The notes beneath the pieces are model-generated. The model saw nothing but the letters and a program-made list of their open reading frames with translations. It was not told where the DNA came from and made no database searches. Source: Octopus sinensis (Eukaryota). Taken from it: a stretch of DNA of 30,766 bases. Below, one piece after another: positions 1 to 10,946 of the stretch (position 1 is its first letter; every line of letters starts with the position of its first letter). Both the position numbers and the translations under genes were made by a program. The stretch lies in NCBI RefSeq assembly GCF_006345805.1, contig NW_021832368.1:1-30766 (forward strand). The letters run 5' to 3'.

Positions 1-121
1 GATAGACAGACAGACAGATAGACAGACAGATACATACATACAAAGATTTATATACATACACATATATATATACACACATACATATGTATAGATGTATGTA
101 TGTATGTATAATCATACATAC

Positions 122-165
<44 letters not shown>

Positions 166-228
166 ATATATAATATATACTTATACATATATAATATATA
201 TATATAAATATATGTGTGTGTGTGTGTA
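1..228. repeat. Compound microsatellite (GATA/GACA, TACA, TA, TG)
   Basis: Direct tandem units; ORF 48..314 is a Y/I-rich translation artefact. Confidence 0.95.
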
Positions 229-239
229 TTTGTAGATAA

Positions 240-710
240 CAAGTGCGGCGAATAAATTGTCGTCCAAATTACGCAAAATTGAAAATAACACATTCTAAAA
301 GATACATTTACCAAAATTACATAAAAATAACTTGAAATACTAAAGAGTAAATTTATTCAATAAAATCGCCCTTGGCTTCAACCACAGCCTCTAGACGACT
401 TTGGAATTTACTGCAGCTCTTCTGGATGGTCTCCGTGATTAAGTTTGTGAATTATGCCATAATCCTTTCGTTCAATTCATCTATGTTGTTACAAGGAGTT
501 TTGTGCCCCACATATGATAATCGAGAGGGTCTCAGTCTGGAGAATTACGTGACCAGATGTTAGGGATGATGTGGGTTCAGAAATTTTTGACCACCAGGAC
601 TGGGTTTTCCTGCTTGTGTGACATGGTGCAGAGTCCTGTTGCCAAACATAGGGTGTTCCAGCAGCTAACCTCTTGACCCGGGGCAGCGACAATTTACACA
701 TCGCACCCTG
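240..710 (-). mobile_element. Internally deleted maT/DD37D Tc1-mariner copy 1
   Basis: Minus strand reads left TIR cagggtgcgatgtgtaaattgtcgc fused directly to LPRVKRLAAGTPYVWQQDSAPCHTSRKTQSW...LDYHMWG; the other end (240-290) matches the 3' end of the copy at 1528-2392. Confidence 0.85.
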
Positions 711-717
711 CATATAT

Positions 718-798
<81 letters not shown>

Positions 799-801
799 TA
801 T
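711..801. repeat. (TA)n array with AA/TT interruptions
   Basis: Direct. Confidence 0.95.
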
Positions 802-1270
802 AAAGTTAATCCAAACAAGAAAACAAAAAACAACAACGCAAGGATGTGGAACAAATAAAGTATTATTGGACGCTCAGAAAAGAAGGAAGAAGGAGGGTTT
901 GAGGTTTGAGCGGAGCTTTTCGTCGGAAACATAGGAGAAAGAAAACTCCCGAGATGGGAGGACAGAGGAAAAAAAAATGCAGGTAGTCTACACGAGGTCA
1001 CATACTAAAAGGACGGAAGTGGTCAAAAGGAAGGAAAAGTGTTTTTTAAAAACAAAAGAGCGGGTCAGAGAATGAATGGTAAAAAAGGTGTGCGAGATGA
1101 CAAGGGTGTGTGTGTGAGTGTGTGCGTGTGTGTGTATGTGTGTGTATGGTGGACGAGGCTAATAGCAGCAGTGACGGAATGGTGGATGATGGCTGGTAGC
1201 AAGCAGTAGGGAATTAAGGAGTGGGTGGGGGTACCCTAGCAAGTCAGAGGCGGAAAGCAGCAGGGAGGTA
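802..1270 (-). mobile_element. Penelope-like pseudo-LTR (pLTR) remnant
   Basis: Pyrimidine-rich minus strand carrying a degenerate hammerhead motif (897-930); its 3' end abuts (TA)n. The upper boundary is approximate. Confidence 0.5.
897..930 (-). ncRNA. Degenerate minimal type-I hammerhead ribozyme
   Basis: gttt CCGACGA A AAGC tcc GCTC AAAC CTC aaac: stem I gttt/aaac, but U4>C, G12 missing and GUC>CUC. Confidence 0.45.
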
Positions 1271-1527
1271 TGTGTGTGTGCGTGTATATGTATCGTGTGT
1301 GTGTTTTGTTGTAGTATGTGTGTGTGTACGTGTGCGTTTTTTTGTGTGTATGGCGAGTAACTGTGCTTAGACTTAGTGTATGTGTGCGTGTGTGCTTGTA
1401 CGTGCGTGTGTGTGTATATATACGTATGTATGATTGTGTGCGAGTGTGCGAATGTCTGTGTGTCTGTGCTTATATGTGTGTACGTATGTGTATGTGTGCG
1501 TGCGCATATATACCCGGTATATGTACA
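1270..1527. repeat. Compound (GT)/(GTAT)/(GC) microsatellite
   Basis: Direct. Confidence 0.9.
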
Positions 1528-2392
1528 CAGGGTGCAGTGGGTAAATTGTCGCCATTTTATATTTTAATTTGCGCACGCGCATTTTATGTTTTTTTAATTT
1601 TGTCGACTACACAATATAGTAGGGTCAGTTGGGCACCGTCTGTGAGAAAAACAGAACCATGACACAATTCACTCAACCAGAAATTTGGAAACGACATGCT
1701 GTATGTGCCTTGCATTCGCACCGGAAGCTCCAAAGCGAGGAATGTGCAATCTGAGTACATGTACCGAGAGTGATAAAAATCAAACATCCATTCAACATCA
1801 TGGAGTATGGAGTGATTAGTAGTGATGGCGACGTTATGCCTCTATTCATCTTCCCATACGGTCTCAAACTCAACACGGAGGTCTACATCAAGTGCCTGGA
1901 CAAGATCGTGCTGCCCTGGATCAAGAGAGTGGCAGCCGGAAGAACCTGTGTATGGCAACAGGACTCTGCACCATGCCACACAAGCAGAAGAACCCAGTCA
2001 TGGCTATCAAACAATCTCTGCGACCAAATCTCCCCTAACACCTGGCCTCCTAACTTCCCAGACTGGGACCCCCTTCATTATTACATATGAAGCGCAGTTG
2101 AGCGAGAGACCAACAAAACTCCTTGTGACACCAAAAATGAACTGAAGACAAGGATTATAACAGCATTCACCAACTTAAACATGAAGACCGCCCAGGAGGG
2201 CTGCAGGAGATTCCGAAGTTGTCTGGAACCCGTGGTTAAAGCCAAGTGTGATTTCATTGAAAATATTTACTCTTTAGTATTTCAAGATAGTGTTATGTAA
2301 TTTTGGTAAACATATCTGCTAAAATGAGATGTCAGTGCCATTTTTTTTTCAGTTTTGCGTAATTTAGACGACAATTTATTCTCCACGCCTTG
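1528..2392 (+). mobile_element. Internally deleted maT/DD37D Tc1-mariner copy 2 (pseudogenised transposase)
   Basis: Imperfect 26-bp TIRs (18/26); ATG at 1659 (MTQFTQPEIWKRHAV); ORF 1770..2090 contains KHP..VISSDG..VWQQDSAPCHT..WPPNFPDWDPLHYY, with 37 residues between the second D and the third-D position (now H). Confidence 0.9.
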
Positions 2393-2393
2393 C

Positions 2394-2430
<37 letters not shown>

Positions 2431-2432
<2 letters not shown>

Positions 2433-2790
2433 TCGCCGCTAAAAGTACGAAACTGAATATCCTTTCCTACACTAGGCACAAGGCCCGAAATTTTGGGGGA
2501 GGGGGCTAGTCGATTAGATCGAACCCAGTCTGGAACTGGTATTTAATTTATCGACCTCGAAAGGATGAAAACCAAAGTCGACCTCAGTGGAATTTCAACT
2601 CAGAACGTAAAGACAGACGAAATACTGCTAAGCATTTCGCCCGGCGTGCTAAAGTTTCTGCCACCTAGGAGCCTTCTACGAAACTGAATATTACCAATCG
2701 GTCGATAACTGATGATGTGTTACGGACTCTCTGTTTGTTTTTACATTCAGTATACGTTATGTCGTTTGTTTACCGTACATTATTCATAGA
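2431..2790 (+). mobile_element. Possible PLE pLTR remnant with 3' half of a hammerhead, interrupted by a SINE
   Basis: CGAAAC-TGA...TCG-GTC (2679-2703) forms a 5-bp stem III with a GUC triplet; T-rich tail ends at (TA)n about 90 nt later. Confidence 0.3.
2461..2676 (-). mobile_element. tRNA-derived SINE (octopus-type, tail A)
   Basis: B-box-like gagttgaaattcc; same body as the other copies; perfect 15-bp TSD tacgaaactgaatat at 2446-2460 and 2677-2691. Confidence 0.9.
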
Positions 2791-2881
2791 TTATATATAT
2801 ATTTGTATGTATGTATGCATATATATATATATTGATATATATATATATTATATACATATGTATGTATGCATGTATGTATAC

Positions 2882-2962
<81 letters not shown>

Positions 2963-2967
<5 letters not shown>

Positions 2968-3292
2968 TATATAGAGGGAATTATTACACATAAATGCCAC
3001 ACGTAGATAATACGTTAATTGCGAAATCACAGGTGATCTGGAACTAAATTCTGTTTTTAAATGTCTTGCTTCGAGAGCTACATTCGGTACGATTCGTATA
3101 TTTTTGGTAGTAATGACTTTGAAAGTCCCTCCTAGCGTGTGGCATTTATTTATAATAATGCCCTCTATATAATATAAATAAATATTTTCAAGTGAAAAAA
3201 TTTTCAGATTTTTTCTCTTATGAGGTTTTTCACGGTAACTAACCTGATAATTTCCTGTTAAGATTTCTTATTAAGATTTTATCCTTAATTGT
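2963..3292 (+). mobile_element. Element with a 41-bp inverted repeat: PLE pLTR with 5' inversion, or a MITE
   Basis: 2963-3003 vs 3136-3176 inverted match 38/41; half-hammerhead GAAA-TCAC-AG-GTGA-TC at 3023-3038; T-rich tail to (TA)n at about 3292. Confidence 0.55.
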
Positions 3293-3354
3293 TATATATA
3301 TATATATATATTATATATATATAATATATATATATATATATAATATATATATAT

Positions 3355-3403
<49 letters not shown>

Positions 3404-3432
3404 CATACATATATATATATCATACATACATC

Positions 3433-3476
<44 letters not shown>

Positions 3477-3538
3477 ATATATATATATAACATATATATA
3501 TATATAATATATATACATATATATACATACATATATAT

Positions 3539-3569
<31 letters not shown>

Positions 3570-4841
3570 CAGGGTGGGGAAGCAAAATTTACAATGAACA
3601 TTAAGTTGTTTTTTCTCAGCAGGCACTAAGTCAATTGTTTTGAAACCTAGCATATATTGATGTCGTAATCATACCTAACACTATTATCCTTACCTTTTCA
3701 GAAACGTTTGCCCATATGAGTAATCAGGAAAGCAAAAGTCAAAGAGTGTGTAATTTGCTGAATGCACTCGTCACACCAAAGGAGATTTCAAGAATTGTTG
3801 GAGTGTCCATAAAGACTGTTTATAATGTAAAGAATAGAATGACTATGAGCAAAACTATTATGAGGAGGTCTGGAAGTGGAGGAATCAACAAAAACGTACC
3901 AAAGCTGTTATTAAAGCTCTCAAATCCAAAATCCTATAGGATCCAACCTAATCCATGAGAAAAATGGCAACTGAACTTGAGGTAGTCAACAAGACAATTA
4001 GAAATGCAGTAAAATATGATTTGAGGTTAAAATCTTACATAAGAACACCAAAATACTTGTTGACAACAGCTATGAAGGAAAAGAGATTGGAAAGGTGCAA
4101 GAAAATTATTACATGGTTCAAGAAAAGGTCCTCCATTTTAACGATCTTTTTCAGATGAAAAGATCTTCACTGTCGATGCTGCTCTGAACAGCAGAAGTGA
4201 CAGATTTATCGCAAAATCAACAGCTGAGCTTAAGGGGACATTCAAAACAAAACATCCTGCTCAAGTTATGGTTTTTAGTGTTGTGGCTTCCGATGGAAAG
4301 AAAATGCCTATAAAATTCTACATAGCTGATGAAATGATCAACGTTAATACTTACTACAGGAGTCTGAGATACCATGTATTGCCATGGCTTAAAGCAAACT
4401 ACCCAGATGGTAATTATGTATGGACACAGGATGGTGCTCCAGCGCACACAGCTAGAAAAATACAAGATTTCTGCAAATCCAACTTCAGCAATTTTTTGGA
4501 ATCATGTTTATGGCCACCTTCTAGCCCAAATCTAAACCCTCTGGGCGTTTTAGAACATGCTACCAATAGAACATCACACAGTAATGTCGACTCTCTTAAA
4601 AACTATTAAAGAAGAATTGGAGACTTTATCTCCCGAATATTTGAGGAACACTTGCGCAAGTTTCAGGAACCGTGTGAAGGCAGTTATTGAGAAAGAAGGA
4701 GGACACATAGAATAAAAACATTTTCTGTTATGTAAATTTTCTTGTGGCAAATAATTCTCATGACTTTCAATAAACTAATTGGTCATACAATGTCTTTCAA
4801 GCCCTGCCTCAAAATATTGTAAATTTCGCTTCCTCACCCTG
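3570..4841 (+). mobile_element. Near-full-length (1272 bp) maT/DD37D Tc1-mariner, frameshifted transposase
   Basis: 26-bp TIRs cagggtg(g/a)ggaagc(a/g)aaatttacaat (24/26). HTH-like N-terminus 3716-3958, continuation 3955-4158, then FSDEKIFTVD, KHPAQVMVF, WTQDGAPAHTA and WPPSSPNLNPL. The third D is expected after 37 residues but lost in a short deletion. Confidence 0.95.
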
Positions 4842-4869
4842 CACATACATATATATATATATATATATA

Positions 4870-4962
<93 letters not shown>

Positions 4963-5000
4963 CATATATATATATATTATATATATATATATACAATATA

Positions 5001-5032
<32 letters not shown>

Positions 5033-5045
5033 ACATATATATATA

Positions 5046-5123
<78 letters not shown>

Positions 5124-5145
5124 ATATATGTATGTATGTATAATT
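4842..5145. repeat. (TA)n compound array
   Basis: Direct. Confidence 0.95.
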
Positions 5146-5262
5146 CAAACATGTTGTAATATCAGTTGATACAATTTTACAGAATAACATCTGCTAAAAG
5201 TTTAAATGTTTGCTTCTGTGTATGTGTATGTACATACATGTGTGTCTGTGTGCATATGCATG

Positions 5263-5304
<42 letters not shown>

Positions 5305-5412
5305 GTATGAATTGTGTGTATATGTGTGTGTGTGCGCGTGTGAGTGTATACACACACGCACAAACATACACATACAGCACCATATATTCATATATGTAAT
5401 ATAAATCCAAGG

Positions 5413-5513
<101 letters not shown>

Positions 5514-6199
5514 TCACATTCACCCACTTATACACACACACATTTACACATTCATCCAACTGTCGAAGAGGGAATTCTTCTCTACTGATGGCATAAATAT
5601 TCTCACTTAATGGAAGTTTTTCTATTCATTATATTATATATGCGAGAACCTACAGTAAACACATATTTACATACATATATACATTAGCGTAACGATCTCA
5701 TTGTTATGTGTCTAAAGAAAATATGCATATTTTCTTCCTGATTTACAAACTTCTACTTCTTATAGGTGTTGTTAGAGTAACAACACCGATTTTGAATTCT
5801 TGTCTGAACTAAATGTCAAATGTATTTATCCTCTTTCAAAATGACATTCATTTTGTACCGTTATGGAAGCATTTTTTACTGAGTTTGATGGAGATTTAGA
5901 AAACGAGCTAAAATAAGATGTGTATATTGAGCGGTAGTTTAAACTGTCCATTTGTGTTTATATATGAGAGAATGTCTATGAGTTTGTGTAGGAGAGAGAG
6001 GGTCATAAATATGCGTGAAAACGCTTATGTGCCTCTATGTTTGCGTATGTGTGTGTGTGTGTGTGTACTTGGAGACACGCGTGTTATGTTTTTGCCAGAA
6101 ACTGTTTGCTTCTAAATTTCTTTTTTTCTTTATTCACCGCTTGTCTCGAATGTTGAAAAATTAGTGTGAAAAATGTATCACAATTATTCCCACGTACAC

Positions 6200-6268
6200 A
6201 TCTCTCTATCTCTCGCTCGCTCTTTTTCTGTCTATCTATCTATCTCTATCTCTGTCTCTCTCTCTCCC

Positions 6269-6320
<52 letters not shown>
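6200..6320. repeat. (CT)n/(CTAT)n microsatellite
   Basis: Direct. Confidence 0.9.
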
Positions 6321-6661
6321 AATATATATATATATTTATCCATCTCACACACAAACATACACATATGAAATTGAAAAAGAAACAAAAATGAAATCCTAAG
6401 CGAAACAAATAAGTAAATGTTTAAATGTTCAAGTGGGAAATATGTTTTATGTAATTTTATTTTAAGGTAATAAATATTTTTTTCTTTGAAAATTACTATT
6501 TATTTCATCGTTTGTATAATAGGGAAAAATTTAATAGAAACTGAATTATAACCATTGAATGTATGCCACATTTCCTAATATTACCCATTGTGAGAAAGGT
6601 ATACTTCCAAACTTAACCGTCATACAAGTAGCTCTCTAGTGTGTATATATAAAATACGTGA

Positions 6662-7086
6662 AGGCGGCGAGCTGGCAGAACCGTTAGCACGCCGGTCGAA
6701 ATGCGTAGCCGTATTTCGTCTGCCGTTACGTTCTGAGTTCAAATTCCGCCGAGGTCGACTTTGCCTTTCATCCTTTCGTTGTCGACAAATTAAGTACCAG
6801 TTACGCACTGGGGTCGATATAATCGACTTAATCCGTTTGTCTGTCCTTGTTTGTTCCCGCTATGTTCAGCCCCTTGTGGGTAGAAAAGAAATAGGAATTT
6901 CGTCTGCCGTCACGTTCTGAGTTCAAATTCCGCCGAGGTCGACTTTGCCTTTCATCCTTTCGGGGTCGACAAATTAAGTACCAGTTACGCACTGGAGTCG
7001 ATGTAATCGACTTAATTCATTTGTCTGTCCTTGTTTGTCCCCTCTATGTTTAGCCCCTTGTGGGTAATAAAGAAACATATGAAACA
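6662..7086 (+). mobile_element. Dimeric tRNA-derived SINE (tail B): full monomer plus head-truncated monomer
   Basis: Monomer 2 starts at about 6895 (gaatttcgtctgcc); one perfect 18-bp TSD tatatataaaatacgtga (6644-6661, 7087-7104) brackets both monomers. Confidence 0.92.
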
Positions 7087-7686
7087 TATATATAAAATAC
7101 GTGATGGTTGCAATTCGATTTTACACAATGCCATCACTTCAGTTTCCTCTGAAGCATAAGCTGTACGGGTGTGGCTGGGAGATACACGCTTTTGCACAGA
7201 TATGGGTACCTCCTGTAGCAGTTGTTCATAAACCTTAATGCGTCACGAAGATTTTCGTTGATAGTTTTGACTATTCCGACTACGGCCAACCACACTATTC
7301 AACACACAATAGAGATGTTAAATATCAAGTACTAGCCAGACCTAAAGCTTTTCAAAGTGAGAAAACGCCTTGCACAGAGCCACTCCCATTCCCTAATCAA
7401 TATATATGTTTTTATCCAAAACGAACTTGTCATTGAATGCAAAGGAAGCTGCAAATGTTGCATCAGAGTTGTCTTCCTCCAATGGAGATATCTAAAGAAA
7501 GACTATGGATCTTTCACTCACAGTTGTTGGTTAATCGTTAACACTAGTGAGTTCATCTGCCGTTTAACAAGTTTTGTTTTCGTCCTATAGAATGTCCAGA
7601 TAAAACTACTCACCATACCAAGCAAGCATTGTAGGGTTGCCGGCTTACTTGCAGACAGACTGAGCATTTAATAGGTTGTACTGAGT

Positions 7687-7975
7687 TATCATCATCATTG
7701 TTCGACCGTGGTCGAGTCAATGGAATTTACCATGCTACGCCAGACTTCACGGTCCATCATGGCATTACGGAGGTCCTGTTGCTGGATGCCTGTATCCCTG
7801 GAGATTACATCAGGGTAGGAGAGTGTGTGCCCTCTGGTATTGCGAGTAGATGGCTTCCAGAGGAGAAGAGTAGAAATTACTTCTTTTACAGCTCTACAAC
7901 AATATCCAGCAAACTGGACTCTCCTACCTTTCACTGAATTATATGCAGTCAGTAACACATACTATTGACATATAA
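7687..7975 (-). mobile_element. RTE-clade LINE 3' end, 5'-truncated
   Basis: ORF 7695..7958 RRVQFAGYCCR...LLLWKP...YPDVISRDTG...DLRNAMMDREVWR is typical of an RTE C-terminus; short (GAT)n tail at 7687-7698. Confidence 0.8.
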
Positions 7976-7983
7976 CATAAATA

Positions 7984-8780
7984 GGAGGTTTGTTCAAGAG
8001 GTATCCGACTGTATTTTTTCCCGCCTAAATCAATGCCACATGGGGAAAATCCTTTTGATGGAAGGTGACGCCACCCTTCTTGCACATGCGTAAAAATTTT
8101 CGCGTCGAATGACAGCGTCAGTTCTAGGATGTGTATGCCTAGAGTAAGACATGTAGTTGCTCGCTAGTCAAACTTTCGTCTTCACCGAACGCATTTAGCA
8201 GATATATCGCAACAAGTTTTGTCAAAAGCTTCATGACACTCAAGCTCAAATCACACAGAAGATTAAGCAGGCCTTTAGCGATTATGCCATGGACAAATGA
8301 GTGCCATAAGCACTTCAGATATGGCCGCACCACAACGGAGGGTGTGACACGCTCAGGCAAGTTATCCACGAGCCATAACGAGGAGCCAATTGAGGTGGTT
8401 CGGCGAATAGTCATGGAAGACCGTCGTGTAACAATCCAAGAAATTGCTCACGAAGTGGGGAATAGCTCAGGATCAGTGCATTCTATATTAACAGAGGATT
8501 TGTGCGTACGATATTCGTCCTCAAGCTATTGGCGGAGAAGCTGAAGCAACTCCACATGGAAATCACTCAGAACATGCATTACTGTGCCAGCCACGACCCA
8601 GACTTCATGAAAACTATCATCAGTGGTCTCTGCTCGATGTGTTCCGTTATTTTGCGGGAAGATGAAAATCCGACGCCAAAATATCGCACATGCGCAGTAA
8701 GTGCGGACTCACCACCTACCCAAAGGATTTTGCCCACGCGACATGACTTTTGGCAAGTGATACTTTTTGAATGCATGTCG
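7984..8780 (+). mobile_element. Mariner (DD34D-type N-terminus) derivative lacking the catalytic domain, with long imperfect inverted ends
   Basis: Frameshifted FCQKLHDTQAQ...KHFRYGR...RSGKLSTS...VRRIVMEDRRVTIQEIAHEVG...ILTEDL...DPDFMKTIISG stops just before the first catalytic D; TA at both flanks (7982-83, 8781-82). Confidence 0.8.
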
Positions 8781-9489
8781 TACATACATATAATACATGG
8801 GTACATACTAAATACATACATGTCTATGCAGCTATTCGTCTCTGGAAAAGATGGGGACAAGCTTTTACATAGTTGAGAGTATGATTTGATGACAGACATT
8901 ATTCGAATTATTCGTTTCTCATCAAATTCATTTGAAAGTGCTAACATCTGCAGCTTTTATTCAGACATAAACGCTGTTTAATATGCAATGAAATATCACG
9001 GTTGAATAAATATACAACCGACAAAGACATACATAAAGCTGAACGATAATGTAGAGGAGAATGTAACTTAGTACAGCACTGAAGTCTGTAGTACTGTACA
9101 GAGTACAGTATTGTTGTTGGTGAGTTTATTCCCTGGTCGGTTCTGATAGAGCGGAATTAAATTCAATTACAATTCAGCTAGGACCATTCCATTTTTACAC
9201 AGTATATTTGATACTACTAAATCTAATATATGTAGTTGTAGTGGTTGTTGCTTTTCGGGGTATATTTTAATGCATTGGATTATCAAATAAATTCGTTCGT
9301 TTTTTCGTTTTTTTTCTTTTTTTCTACTTGGTGATCTATTGTTATATATCAGAAAAATGTAAAATTTATTCAAATTTCAAAAGTAATAAAAAAAAAAGTT
9401 GCAAAGGAAGAATAGAACTACAAAAAAAACACAAGACACTACGAAAAGATATTTTTCTGGCTAATTTATTTAATATTAGAAAGAATTAA

Positions 9490-9703
9490 GGTAGCGAACC
9501 GACAGAATCGTTAGCGCGTCGGGCAAAATGCTTAGCGACATTTCGTCCGTCTGCACGTTCTGAGTTCAAATTCCGCTGACGCCGACATTGCCTTGCATCC
9601 TTTCGAGGGTTGTTACAAAAAGTACCAGTTAAACACTGGGGTCGACGGTAATCGACTGACCCCCTCTCACAAAATTCTCGGCTTTGTGCCAGAATTTGAA
9701 ATC
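9490..9703 (+). mobile_element. tRNA-derived SINE (tail A), older copy
   Basis: Body homologous to 6662; TSD aat(a/g)ttagaaagaattaa at 9472-9489 and 9704-9721 (17/18). Confidence 0.85.
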
Positions 9704-9805
9704 AATGTTAGAAAGAATTAAAACAAATGAAAAAAATATGAATTTGTCAGACAATCCAATAATTGATTTGGGAGGTATTTTGTTGCTATATTTAGTCGGT
9801 CAAGA

Positions 9806-9994
9806 AAGGCAGCGACTTGCCAGAATCGCTAGCTCGCCAGGCAAAATTCTTAGCAGCATTTCTTTTGGCTTTACCTTCTGAGTTCAAATTCTGCCGAGGT
9901 CGATTTGACTTTCGTCCTTTTCGGGATCGATGTAATCAACTACCCTCCCTACCCCAAAAATTCCAGGCCTCGTGCATAAAGTAGAAAGGGTATT
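9806..9994 (+). mobile_element. tRNA-derived SINE (tail A) with internal deletion
   Basis: Head, B box and tail A are present; the segment between the two ggggtcgat repeats is missing. Confidence 0.8.
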
Positions 9995-10424
9995 AATTAA
10001 GTCAAGGAGGCAAATAGGCTGAATCTTCATAATGTTTTATCCCAAGTTGCTCTAATCCCATCACGGCCAATATTGTCTTTCATTTTTTCAAAGTTAATAA
10101 AGTAACACCAGTCCGAATGACAGATTTGCAGATCTATTTGAGAATCGTCCCAAGATTCCTTGTGATGCCTTTTCCAGCTCCTTGCGTTCTGATAACAAAG
10201 ACTGCTATGACACTGTTGTAATGCTGTATCGGGCTAAATCGGTGACCTTTTCTTTTGAATAGGAATATTTGGTGTGAAGAGTGGAGGGAAATGCATGTAT
10301 GGGCAAACGCTAGTCTTCAAAATATCTTATGCAAACATGCGCATACATATGTAAACGCATGATTGACATTAATCGACGACGGCCACACATATTTAGTGGG
10401 CTGAGAATTTCTCATATAGAGATA

Positions 10425-10946
10425 CCGTAAATCGTCGAGTATAATCCGCCCTTCAGTATAACACGCAGGGGATTTTTAGGGGGTTGTACCTCTGAAAAAC
10501 CTAAACCTGGTGTATAATACGCACTCTTTCTCTAACTTGAGTCGTGCATAGTTAGGCCAGCAGCATCTAGTCGAACAAACACTTCCGAGCATGCGTAATA
10601 CAATAATGGTGATGTTTTTAACTGTTATATGGGAATGTAAATATGTTTGCAAATTGTTTTTGTTACATGTTATCCTGTGATCTGAATACTTTTATTTCAA
10701 TAAATGTTGCTTACTGCAAGTTATGGATGATTCTTTTATGACTTCATTGCTTTCAAGCTTAGCTTAAGGTATTTTCGCGCCCGACATCACAAAATGCGTC
10801 TGAATAAACATTACCGGACAGCGAATAGAGACTCGGATATTGCTTAGAAAATATTCTTCATTTTTAACCTCGTATATAGTACGCACTAGGGATTTTGACC
10901 ATTAAATTTTGGGGAAAAAATGCGGATTATACTCGATGATTTACAG
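10425..10946. mobile_element. Non-autonomous Tc1/mariner-superfamily MITE (Tc2/pogo-like CCGTA terminus)
   Basis: 25-bp TIRs c(c/t)gtaaatc(g/a)tcgagtataatccgc (23/25), TA on both flanks, 522 bp, no ORF. Confidence 0.85.

Noticed and set aside
5561-5585. ctgtcgaagag hammerhead-like start
   Set aside because: No GAAA or stem III follows.
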